A stretch of 64,000 nt of DNA from positions 434,001 through 498,000 of the forward strand of contig BQFW01000014.1 of the NCBI GenBank assembly GCA_020891255.1, given 5' to 3'. Origin of the DNA: Entomortierella parvispora E1425 (lineage: Eukaryota; Fungi; Mortierellomycota). The notes beneath the pieces are model-generated. The model was given only the letters and a program-made list of their open reading frames with translations. It had not been told where the DNA came from and did not search any database. A program made the position numbers and the translations under genes. Numbering within the stretch: the stretch's first letter is position 1; each line of letters opens with the position of its first letter. Positions 47,256 through 58,340 of the stretch are shown piece after piece.

Positions 47256-47893
47256 TCTCAGCCTCATCCTTGCGTGTGTGCTTGCTCTTCCTTGTCTGGG
47301 CCCTGTTCTGGTTGTCCTTCGCCACCTTCCAAGAACAAACAGGCGTTTCGAAGCCCGTTTGTCGTTGCTGTGCTTGCGACTAGCGGAGAGGTGGAACACA
47401 GGGACCCCAGCAAGACATTCACCGGTCAAAATGAACGGGCCTGAGTCGAGCATCGTCATTCTCCTCTTTCTTTACGTGGTTGCGATGTTGGCTGCTTGCT
47501 CCCTTCCCACGTAGTCAGCTCATCCGTTTTTTTATTTATTTTCGACCGTCCGTTGCAACAGCAAGAGACAAAAATAAAGAAACAAGACGGTGCAAATTGG
47601 AATCCTTCCCTCCTTCTCTTCTGAAGGACGCGCGTCCAAAACACCACTTTCTAACCGTACAGTCTCAGCCCTTGAACAACACAACTAGGCAGGTCATCAA
47701 CTTTATGAGAAACCATGGCTATCAAATAAGTTAAGAAGAGGGAGGAAAAATACATTGGTATCGATCTGGCGTGAGAGAAGGACTGCGAAAAAGAAAATAT
47801 GCATGCAATGGTTGAGGTGGAGAGAAGAATAACAACCACTGTAAACGCACAGACAGGAGACTGTGGAGTGGTGGATAGTCCACTGTCTTCAGA

Positions 47894-48912
47894 TTACTCT
47901 GTACGCTGCTTCTTGCTCTGGTGCTCAGAATCGTCCGTTTCATGTTCCTTCTGAAGTTCCTCCATCTTTTGGCGAAGCTCCTGAAGTTCATTCTTCAAGA
48001 ACTCGTGTTGGAGATGCAAACTCTGATATGTGGCCTCGGCAACCTCCTTCTCCAGAACATGCTTCTTGAGCTCAAATCGGATAGAGTCCACTGTATTGGC
48101 GTCGGCGGTCATCTTTTCGTTGGCCTCCTGAAGCGTTTGAATGTACTTTGCAGCCTGTCTCAAGATCGAACCCTTGTTCTTATCACAGTTGGGGACGACC
48201 TTGGTCAACTCTGTAATCCCTTCATTGATAGTTTCTCTACGCCGACGTTCAACCTCCTTGTGATTGTCGCGACGCAACTTGTGCCACTCCTCTGTGCCTG
48301 GAGCGGGTTTCACGTGTGGAGATACAGGCCTAAGAACACAAGAGAGAGACATGTTAATACATCTCCATACAGTCATACAATATTCCAGTCTGGTAAGAGC
48401 CTGGAGGTTTTCCAAGAGATGCACTTACGCAGCAGGGCTGGGTGTAATGGCGACAGTGGCCAGAGTGCTGGCTTCTGCAGCAGCAAGTTGTTGGAGAACT
48501 TGTTGGTGCTGCTCTGCTTCCGAGACTGCAGCGTGAACGTCGGTATGATGATGTTGTTGCTGAACTCCTTGCTCGATTTGCTGTCGGTGCTGTTCTGCAA
48601 TTCTCTCGAGATCCTCTTGATCCTTTTGCTGCTGTTGTTCATTAAAATGTGCCGTGTCCTCCAATGGAGTTCCAACCGCTGCTGCCGCTGCCGCTGCCTG
48701 TGCAGTGTGCTGTGCGATGGCAGCCGTGAAGGATTCGGATCCTGCGATTGAGTTGGTCTAGAAGCAACGCACACAGGTTAGTCCTACATTGTTCCAAGTC
48801 CTGTTATATTCTGAGAGAAGAGACAAGTCGCCCGTCGCGTCCTTTCACGTACCAGCGTGTTCAAAACCTCCTGCACATCATGGTTCGAGGTGACATCGTG
48901 ATTGGAAGCCAT
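47894..48912 (-). CDS. CBF1: bHLH-Zip transcription factor, Cbf1 (centromere-binding factor 1) type
   Basis: KPAPGTEEWHKLRRDNHKEVERRRRETINEGITEL...NKGSILRQAAKYIQTL plus coiled coil; Ala/Gln-rich N-terminus; three exons. Confidence 0.85.
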
Positions 48913-49222
48913 GGTAACTGAATGTAAATAAAATAAATAACGCGTGTTTTTCCTCTCCGGGTTGGTTGTGTCTACTGGACCCTGTTGAGCTGCATGTAGT
49001 TATCGAAAAAGGTTGAAATTAGAATGGTACAGGAGACAAGAGCAACAAAGAATGGGAGCGATTCGATTGACTTTGGGCTCGTGTTGTTAAGAGTTCAAAT
49101 AGTCTGAGGAGAACGAGCTGCCTACTTACGTTCAAGTTGCTTGGTGTAGAGGAGGCTGGGAGAGGGAAGGGTGGAGTACAATGGATGGAAGGAAGGATGG
49201 CCGTGGGTGCGCTGCCGTGTTT

Positions 49223-49271
49223 ATCACATGATCATCCCGTGACCGTGACTTGCTATCGGCCGGATCACGTG
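49223..49271. promoter_or_regulatory. Two RTCACRTG (Cbf1/CDEI-type E-box) motifs in the CBF1 / sulfite oxidase divergent promoter
   Basis: ATCACATG at 49223-49230 and ATCACGTG at 49264-49271. Confidence 0.6.
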
Positions 49272-49545
49272 TTGAGGCGAACTGCAGGTCACCAGGTGCA
49301 CGAAAAGTTCCTGAAGGCTGAAATGGCTGGCTGTATCCTTGGCTGCTGAGCTTGCTCGTCCCCTGCTGCTTTCTATGGCCGTGCAGACCGCCATTGGCCC
49401 ATGCAACGTTGGACCAAGGGTGCACGGCCGATATTAGCTGTGGAGACCGACTCGACTAGTCCAAACAGGAAGCTCCGGACCTTTGACCTGTGCTTCCCCC
49501 ACGAATTTCCGTTTGTGGGGAGAGGAGGAGGGAGGAACACATGAA

Positions 49546-49574
49546 CACGCTTGCTTGCTTGCTTGCTTGCTTGC
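49546..49574. repeat. (GCTT)n microsatellite in the sulfite oxidase 5' region
   Basis: Direct reading. Confidence 0.85.
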
Positions 49575-49738
49575 TTTATTTTTTTCTACTTCTTTTCTCC
49601 TTCTTCCTTCTCATTCACTCTTGCTTTTTTTCAGCTCTCTCATCTTGCATTCCCTTGCTCTCATCTCGGCTCATTCGTCCACTTGACAACACTCACTCCT
49701 AATACCAAATAGAAAATACACCACTCATACCCAACACC

Positions 49739-52000
49739 ATGGAAGCCCATCAAGAATGCATAGTGCCCCCACAGCACTCAAAGGTCGAACTCTGTGATAC
49801 GGACTATGCCCAAGATCCACCTCGCATCCTTTCCAACTATCTCGTCCATGCACCAATGCCTTTCAATGCGGAGCCACACCTACCCTTGCTCGTCAACGCC
49901 GGCTTGATCACTCCTACCGAAGTATTTTTCAAGCGCAATCATGGTCCTATTCCTGATATTCAGCTCGAAGACCATCAGGTCTACATTGGCGTCCAACAGC
50001 CCGGTCCTTCTGGCACAGATACATCCGCCTCGCCCTCTGTAGAATGGAAGGCGCTTTCGATGCATGACATCATGACCAAGTGGCCCAAGGTTACTGTTAC
50101 AGCATCCCTGCAGGTACGCACGACAGACCAGATTGCCAGCCATCTGAACTAGACTGATGTCAACAAACGAGAGAGACTAACATGGGGTTCTCTTTCTTTT
50201 ATGAACCAGTGTGCTGGCAACCGGAGAGAGGGTCTGGCACAGCTCAAGGAGGTCAAGGGCGTCATCTGGAAGGCTGGCACGATTTCGAACGTAGGTTGCA
50301 CAGGTTTGCGGTATTTTTGTTTATCCTCCCTCCTCGTCTTCCTCCATCCTCCTGTCTCTTCCCCATCGGTTCCCATCTCGGCTTTTCCGTGTCTGTGCGG
50401 ATGACCACAGGTTTGCGGCAAAAAAAAAAAAAAAAAGGGAAATTGGCCGTGGTGCGACACACGTCAGATGGCGACATAACCTTATTTTTGCCCTGCTATG
50501 GTCTCCTTATTTCCCATTTGGTTGTGTATTTTGTTCCCACAGTTCAGTTCGGTCCAGTTGATTTGTTTTTGCCCGCTGCATGCGATGGAAAAATAAGAGG
50601 AGAGCAGGTGGAAAGGGAATACAGAGGGCGTTTTCTTCCAGGAGCATGCAGCTTGCTGATCCAACCACACGCTGACTCGTCTTTTTGTATCATCATAGGC
50701 CGTCTGGTCCGGTCCACGTCTGTGTGAAGTCCTCAAGGATATCGCCGGTGTCCCTGACGACCTTCTTCACCAGATGATCCGTAACTACCATGTTTCCTTT
50801 GAGGCTGACGACTATGTCAAGGAGGATGCTTGCTATGGAAGCTCTATCCCTCTCCGGAAAGCCATGTAGGTGTCTGACTTGGGTGCCTGACCCGAACCTT
50901 GTCACATATTATTCTCGTCTAAGACACAAAAGAAATTGACCATGGTCCAAACTTTTTGCTTCCTCAATATTTAGGGACCCGCTGGGCGACGTTATCCTTG
51001 CTTATGAGGTACAACCAAGAACGTACTGTTGTTTCTCCTTTCCTCCATGCATCGGCCTTCGTGTGGTTTATTTTATTGACTCAAAACCCTTGCGCCTCTG
51101 GATGAACTCTAGATGAATGGTGAGCCTTTGACAAGAGATCACGGTTTCCCTCTCCGAGTGATCGTCCCGGGCTATATTGGCGCACGGTCGGTCAAGTTCT
51201 TGCAAAAAATTCTCGTTCAACCCGAAGAGTCGACCTCGTTCTTTCAACGTCGTGATTACAAGATTCTGCCACCTTGGGTAGGTTTCCCATGATTGATTTT
51301 CTTGGAACAGTTTCTAGTGTTTGTGTCCATGTGACTGGAACACGTTTTACAACAGACAGGACTATCTATGTTCGACACCTTCTGCTCAAGAATGAAAGGA
51401 AAAGAAGAAAAAAAACTCACACGGTCTGTACTTGTCCACCATACCGTCATGTTTTAGATTGACGGCACTAACGTTGAGACGGCCTGGGATTCGACTGTTT
51501 CGCTTGGGGAGATGAACGTCCAATGCGTTATTTGCACCCCCATGGAGAAGGAAGTTATCCTGTGCCCAAAACCTGTCACTGTCAAAGGATACGCCATCTC
51601 TGGTGGCGGACGGGCCATTTATAGAGTGGAATTATCCGTGGACGGAGGCAAGACTTGGGAGCCGGTGGACAAGATTGATCAGACTCCAGATCCTATCAGC
51701 GGCATGTACTGGGCCTGGGCACTTTGGGAGAAGAAGGTTCCAAAGATCCTCACCACCTCAGAACTGGTCGTCCGTGCCTGTAAGATCCTTTTTTTTCTTC
51801 TTTCCGAGTGCTCTTTCATCTCAAAGTTTGTATAGGGTCATTTGTTCTAACATCTGTTTGCCCAATCCCTCATTCACCCCATAGACGACTCGAGCGGAAA
51901 CATGCAGCCCGAGTTCCCCATCTGGAACTACCGAGGTGTGATGAACAACGCTTGGTTCCGAGTCAACAATGTCACGCAAATGCCTCAGTCAAACATGTAG
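49739..52000 (+). CDS. Sulfite oxidase-family molybdoenzyme without a cytochrome b5 domain; C-terminal SNM
   Basis: [18 protein letters not shown]|CAGNRR (Moco cysteine), [54 protein letters not shown]...QSNM*; many introns. Confidence 0.92.
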
Positions 52001-52055
52001 TATGTTGCATTCAAAATAAACAGTTTAGTCGTTCATGATCCTCCAGCTCGCCGTG

Positions 52056-53512
52056 TTTTTTTTTTTTTTTTTTTTTGGTTTTTGGTCTTCAGTCTCACAT
52101 TGTTTGTTCAAGATATGTTGGTTTGTAAAGAGTTCTTTGACCCATTTGGAAAATGAATGTATTTGAAAGAGTGAAGACGATGACCCTGACTCGACCCAAC
52201 CCGGCTATCTAGTCACCGCTCTGCACTCTGGCCCAAGGTGAGGTATCAAAGGAAGTAGCTGTAGAGCGTGAGCCCTGACTCCTAACCAGACGTTATACCC
52301 TTGGTGCCCACAGAAACGGCCCCCCACACACCACACATGCTATTAGACTAAGGAAAGGAAAGAAGGACCAAGGAGTCGATACTTTGTTTGGCAGACCGCT
52401 GTGGAGCAGTCGCGAAATTTCTTGGAGGCAGGCTCAAGGCAATGTCTTGAACATGGTCGCGAATGAGGCGAGCCAATGAGGCGGGCCAATGAGCTGAATG
52501 GAGGGCAGCTGTTCTTGCAAACGAGGCGGCCAGACCAAGAATGAAAGCAGAAGCAAGGCGCAGGTGAAGCACGCCAGGAACTCATCAAGGTATCAGGCAG
52601 GTAGTTCTCCAACAAAGGAAGCTCAATACCCGCCGAGGAACCAGGTACAGAACCATGTCAGCAACGGCAAAAGGAGGCGCAGGTAGTCGCTCAAGGCCCA
52701 AAAGGGCCGTTGAGCACGCCAGGAACTCCCATGGTATCTGGAGGGTAGTGCTTCAGCAGGGAAGCTCAAGACCCTCCGGAAGGACCAAGTAGAGAACCTT
52801 GTTCCTTTCTTGCAACCGCAGAGAGCAGTCGCGAAAGATTCTTGGAGGCGGGCTCGGGCCAATGTCTTGAACTTGGTCGCGAATGAGGCGGGCCAATGAG
52901 GGCAGCTGTTCTTGCAGACGGGGTGGCCAGACCAAGAATAAAGGCAGAAGCAAGGCGCAGGTGAAGCACGCCAGGAACTCATCAAGGTATCAGGCAGGTA
53001 GTTCTCCAACAAAGGAAGCTCAATACCCGCCGAGGAACCAGGTACAGAACCATGTCAGCAACGGCAAAAGGAGGCGCAGGTATTCGCTCAAGGCCCAAAA
53101 GGGCCGTTGAGCACGCCAGGAACTCCCATGGTATCTGGAGGGTAGTGCTTCAGCAGGGAAGCTCAAGACCCTCCCGAGGGACCAAGTAGAGAACCTTGTT
53201 CCTTTCTTGCAACCGCAGAGAGCAGTCGCGAAAGATTCTTGTTGGCGGGCTCGAGCCAATGTCTTGTTCTTGACGCGGAATGGAAGAGGCCAATGGGCCG
53301 AATGGAAGACGGCTGTTCTTGCAGATGGACGAGCAGAGGCATCGTCGCGGAAGGAGGCCCGGCCAAGGGGGAGATTGCTCTTGGTTGCCAAGGATGATAG
53401 GCACCAGAGGTCTTGAAGGCAGGAGGAGGTCGGATGCTTGATCACCAAGGAGGGTGACTAGGACCGTGGCAGGGAGCCTTGAGTTCTTGGTGGCGGCAGA
53501 CGGCAAACATGG

Positions 53513-53543
<31 letters not shown>

Positions 53544-54302
53544 AGGAGGAAGGGCTTTGCAGTGGTGTTTTGTGCTTGAGAAGTTGCTTTGAAGAAGGCA
53601 AGATGCGATGGAGAACAACAAAAAAAAAAGTGGGCGATGGGCTGGTATTTGTACGAAAAGGGACGGACCCCGATCAACCTTGTTTTTTTCCCTGTCGTAT
53701 AAATCCCATGCAAGCATTTCCCTTTTTTACCTACTTCCTTCACCTTCACCTTCCACATACCCTCCTCCCTTCCCTGTCCTTCCCTCCCTTCCCACACCAT
53801 GTCCCTTCCATCCTCATGCACAAATCCCATGTTGGCTTGTAAGGTCCTCCCGGCGATCCCAAAAAGGCAAAAAGCGCCTTGAATATGACGCACCATGTAA
53901 ACCATGTAAGCAACTTCTCTCTTTCGAATCTCGACGAAGAATGGTCGCAGACATGAGTGGCGCATGGCGGAATGGGCGCATTCATGGACGAGGATTCATC
54001 TGGCTCATTTACATTCACGTCCTGGCTGGCTGCATTCCTTCAGAAACTGGCACCTTCAAACCCACAAAGGGCAAAAAATGACTCGGGAGAAGGCCTTTGC
54101 GCTTGGAGGCGGCCAATGGCGAGCATCTCGAGCCAGGAAAGCGTGTTTGACCATAAAAAAAACTTGACTCGGGACTCGGATGAGGCTTGGCAGGGGAAAG
54201 CGTGACCATAGGATGGAGGGGAGCATGCTGTCTGCGAGAGTGGAGGAGAGACGCGTCCTTTGAGCGCGTTTTTCGGCATTTTGGAGGCGACATGACTGAA
54301 AA
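52056..54302 (-). mobile_element. ~2.25-kb interspersed element, copy 2 (inverted relative to copy 1)
   Basis: Reverse complement of 479-2732, with the same 420-bp repeats (one 23-bp deletion), (GGCA)8 and T21 at 52056-52076. Confidence 0.75.
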
Positions 54303-54959
54303 TCGGCCTTTTCCTTCATGGTTTCATTAGATTTCCGAATCAGCGTGATTGATACGTTTGCTGGAGGAAAGTCAGAGCGTTGCAGAAGATCAGAGGCACC
54401 ATTCAGCAATGTATCAGGCTGGCTTTTCTCAAGCACAACAACAAATGGACTGTTCACTATAACGGATGAAGCGAAGGCAGGACCGTCGATTCTTCGACCA
54501 GCTGGTTCACTCGAGATGAGGCCGATTCCGGCTACAACGAATTGCATCAACAATACGACCCTCTTCGCTGGACTGTAGAGCCTCAGCTCTATAATGCACC
54601 TAAGATCTCTCCAAAAGCCAAGCTATAGCCATGTTCGAGTCGGCGTTGATATCATCGGACGCTGCCCTCGATCGGTTCAGAGATCTTGGTCGATCTACTG
54701 GGTTTAGTTCAGAGCGGACGGTCCACTCTGGTCACTCGCTTGTGGGACAACTTGCGCATCGCAGTAGGAGTTTGGTTATTTGCGAAGTTCCATCGACTAC
54801 AGTACAGCTATTACTGTACCTCAGACCAAAGATGAGTCCAAGGATGAGAAGACTCACCGACAAAAGTGGGCAATTACCAAGGTCATATCCTACTGCACAG
54901 TTGATAACAAGGTCTTGGATGCCCCTGAGGTGGTCCGGAGGTTGTTCATTTACCACTGA

Positions 54960-55653
54960 ATGAGTACAGCGCTATGGACATTTGCGGCTGCTGTTCAGAA
55001 TCTACAGATCTGCAGTGGATTGAAAACGCTGGAAGTGACTCACAATGGGGAAAACGATTGGTTCTACGCCTCCAGTTTGAACAGGTTGGCTATGTCGCGG
55101 GCCGTTTTCATGACGGCCAGGAAATGCGGTTTGAGGATGATTCCCAGCACCGCCTGGTTATTCTCAGGTTGGCTTGCTCGTGCACTTGGGTACTTACGGG
55201 TCGGCCAAGAGTTGGCCTTCGATCCGGAGGACAGGGATGAGGCAAAGGATATCGAGGAATTCACAAGTCCACTGTGGCTTATTACATCAAAGGACAAAGA
55301 TGTAATAAAGGTCTCGTGTCAAAGACCCGCAGGAGATTGTCTCGTTGTTTGAGCACCCATCCATGAAACGATTCTTTCAGCTTGAGCTGGATGGTCCAGA
55401 CAAGCAATTCGTCCTTGTCGACGGTACGATTACTCCGGCATGAACAGTGATCTTCCCTCTTTCGTAGCAACCATAGCGATCCTTCCTAATATTTCTTACC
55501 GCCATTCTCGGCGGCCAAAGAATAAAATATCTTGAAGTCTACAGCTCTTCTACATCATCCGTTACAGTCGTGCGCCAGATGAGTTGGATCGCAAGATCGG
55601 GCAAGTCATAAACCGAGTCTGGGAATGGCCGCGAAGGACAGACATCAACAGAT
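54960..55653 (+). pseudogene. Decayed ORF (LRR/F-box-like composition)
   Basis: One frame with several stops: QNLQICSGLKTLEV...FYIIRYSRAPDELDRKIGQVINRVWEW; the last part is repeated at 63049-63117. Confidence 0.3.
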
Positions 55654-55810
55654 GACAGTACAGCAACATCTGGACTTTTTCATGTTCCCTGTTGGCCTGC
55701 GGCACCTTTTTTTTTTTTTTTGGGTGGGTGGGGTGATCTTTGTGTTTTATTCGATGTGAATGGTATATACAAATAGATCGATAAATAAATGGCTTTTGCT
55801 GATTCAGCTT

Positions 55811-58170
55811 TTAAGGCGTATTACCGGGGATCTGGAGCCAGAATTCGTACAAGAAGACGGTATCCAACCATGTGCAAGGGGCATTCTCCAGGTTGGTCGA
55901 CATGGCACTCTGAACGTTCAGCTCCAAGATCGGGTTAGTATCGTCGTAGGGCAACCAATTGACGCTTGTTACATCAGGGTTGGTCAATTCCACACCCTGT
56001 TGGCCGGGCTTGGGATTCGGGTTGGCAGTCTTGGCAAAGGTCGTCCATCGATCAATCACTTGTCTGGAGAACTGAGCATCGTCTCCAGTCTGGGAGTAGC
56101 CAGGGACAGCGTCACCACTTCCAAAGACAGGCTGGATATCTGCAGAGTGACAGACACGGCCGGTGCTGGAAGAGCAGTAGTTGGAGCCGACCAAGGGGGT
56201 ATCACGACCACGGTCGAATCGGAAGTTGTACGTTTGCTTGGTCTGGGCCATCGCGCGACTGAGGTATCGGAGCGGGCAGAAGAAATAATACTCCGTTCCA
56301 GCCAAAGTGAACAGATCTCGGACCGCATCGCTGTCGCTCATGTTCAACTGGAAGTATTGAGAGGCCAAGATCTCAGTCGTTTGATTGACAGTGAAGAAGA
56401 GCTCCAGGGACTCGGAGACGTTGGAAACTGGGACGGGGTTGGGGAAGTACTCGGGCACAAAGAGACCGGCCTCGTCATGGACAGTACCCCACATGATGTT
56501 GGCCTTGGTGTTGTAAGTGTTGGCCTTCACGAGCTCGGAAAAGTCGTCCATGATCAAGAGTCCATCGATGGTGGGACGCTCCACCAGGGCCCAGGTCGTC
56601 CACTTGTCATCAGCCAAGGCATCCGCGTTAGCGGTGGTTTGAGCCGTCAACACCTCTTGGAAGGTCTTGTTTCGTGCGCAGGCGAGATCATCAGTGGCAC
56701 ATCCCAAGGCAGTCATAAAGTAGTTGCCGATCTTGGTGGCCGAGGCAGGCAGCTTGAATGGAATGTTGATGGGGTCACTCTCGCCAATAACGCTCTCGTA
56801 CAATCCCCAGGCGGAAGGGGCAGAAAGCAACGCGCGGATACTGGTGGCACCGGCAGACTCGCCAAAGACAGAGACTCGAGTAGGGTCGCCACCAAACGCG
56901 GCAATGTTGCTCTGGACCCATTGCAAAGCAAGGATCTGGTCACGAAGAGCTTGGTTGCCTGGGACAGTGTCGCGATCCCATGTGGGATCGTTTTCCATCC
57001 AGCCGAGCATGCCGAGACGGTAATTGATGGTAACAACCACCACACCACCTCGTGAAACCAGGTTACCGGGCTCAAAGAGGATGACCGAACCAGAGTAGCT
57101 ACCATATCAAGACACCAGGAACCTGATGTTAGTTTCCATTACACCATTATCTCTCCCTTGTTGATGAACGCCAACATTGACGATATGCAACTTACGTAGT
57201 AAATCCGCCTCCGTGGATATAGAACATAACAGGCAATAAAGGCGCGCCAGTTCCTTTCAAACTGGGTGTGTACACATTCAAGTTGAGGCAATCTTCCATC
57301 TGTGCAGCTCCATTCTCAAGATACGTTTCCAGAAGGGCGATAAAACCTGCCGATTGAGATGTTTGAGGGCAAATACCCTTGTAATCAATGGCATTCCAGA
57401 TGCCCGTGAAAGGAGCTTTGGCCACGGGGGCGGCAAAGCGCAAGTCACCGACGGGAGCCTCAGCATAGGGGATACCCAGGAAACGGAAGGCGTTCTGGTC
57501 ACGCCAACCTTGGATCTGACCCACTGGAGAGTTGACAATGACTTGACGGGACGTATCATCAAAGAGAAGGACGCGACGCATCACAGAGTTGAAGCACACT
57601 GTGGGCAATTGGGTGCTGCAAGGGATCCAGTCCGTATTGCCCGTGTCCTTGTTGACGGCCAAACAGTTGGAAAGCACGCCTGGAACGCCATTGTAAACCC
57701 AGAACTGAGTGTAGGGCTCGACTTCAGCCTGTGCGGGTGCATTGTTGTTCAGGAGCGTGACCAAGTCGGTGGCACCGCTCGTTCCTGGAATGTAAATGTA
57801 TCCACCTGTAGAGTAAAAAAAATAAAATATGAGAGTCAGCGGGAGACACAAAATGTATAGAGAAAAAAAAGAGAGAGAGAGGACAGTGCATCTTTGAGGA
57901 CTTACCATCACCCATCGAATCACAGGCAGTCATTCCAGAATAGTAGTCTCGAGGCATTGACAGATACACAAAGGCATTCTTGACTGTAGACGAATCTACG
58001 TCGTTCAAGAGCAAGAGATGGGCTCCATCTATATCACTGGCGAGAGGCGCTAATGGATTCAACACGTCTCGCTTCCTGAATGTTTTCTTGACTGGGGCCG
58101 AGTCTGCAACTTGGTGAAGGGTCACCAGGAGAACGGCGACAGCCGAAAGGACCGATCGAAAGAGAACCAT
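55811..58170 (-). CDS. Secreted type-B carboxylesterase/lipase, paralog A (three exons)
   Basis: Signal peptide; FLGIPYAEAP, EDCLNLNVYTP, HGGG, FGESAGA (Ser), GTVHDEAG (Glu), CHSADI (His); introns 57905-57806 and 57195-57099. Confidence 0.93.
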
Positions 58171-58333
58171 GGTTTTGTTCGTAATATGTTCTTGAACTTC
58201 TGTTCGGAAGAGACAAAAGGGACGTAAGGGGGAGGCGAGGAGGAGGAGGAGGAGGAGGGACTTGAGTGAGAGTGAAGGACGGCACTGAAGAACAAAAAAA
58301 AAAAAGAGATACTCTTATTAAAATGTCGCGCCT

Positions 58334-58340
58334 TTTTATA
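58334..58340 (-). promoter_or_regulatory. TATA box of carboxylesterase A (TATAAAAAGGC)
   Basis: Equivalent TATAAAAGGC upstream of paralog B (62664-62670) at a similar distance. Confidence 0.6.

Noticed and set aside
49436-49443. Met31/32-like CTGTGG site near the E-boxes
   Set aside because: Only a 6-nt core match; expected by chance.
479-54302. Whole 54-kb interval as one giant transposon (Starship-like or composite) with 2.2-kb terminal inverted repeats
   Set aside because: No tyrosine recombinase or transposase at either end; the interior holds housekeeping genes (RPC4, VTC1, CBF1); the poly(A) ends face inward; no shared TSD outside. Two independent insertions are simpler.
54056-54956. 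Minus-strand ORFs running into element copy 2 (including DLVINCAVG, vaguely Rossmann-like)
   Set aside because: Short, no supporting motifs or splice structure; cannot be assigned.
55760-57055. 431-aa antisense ORF over carboxylesterase A
   Set aside because: The equivalent frame in paralog B is broken, so it is not conserved; codon-bias artefact.
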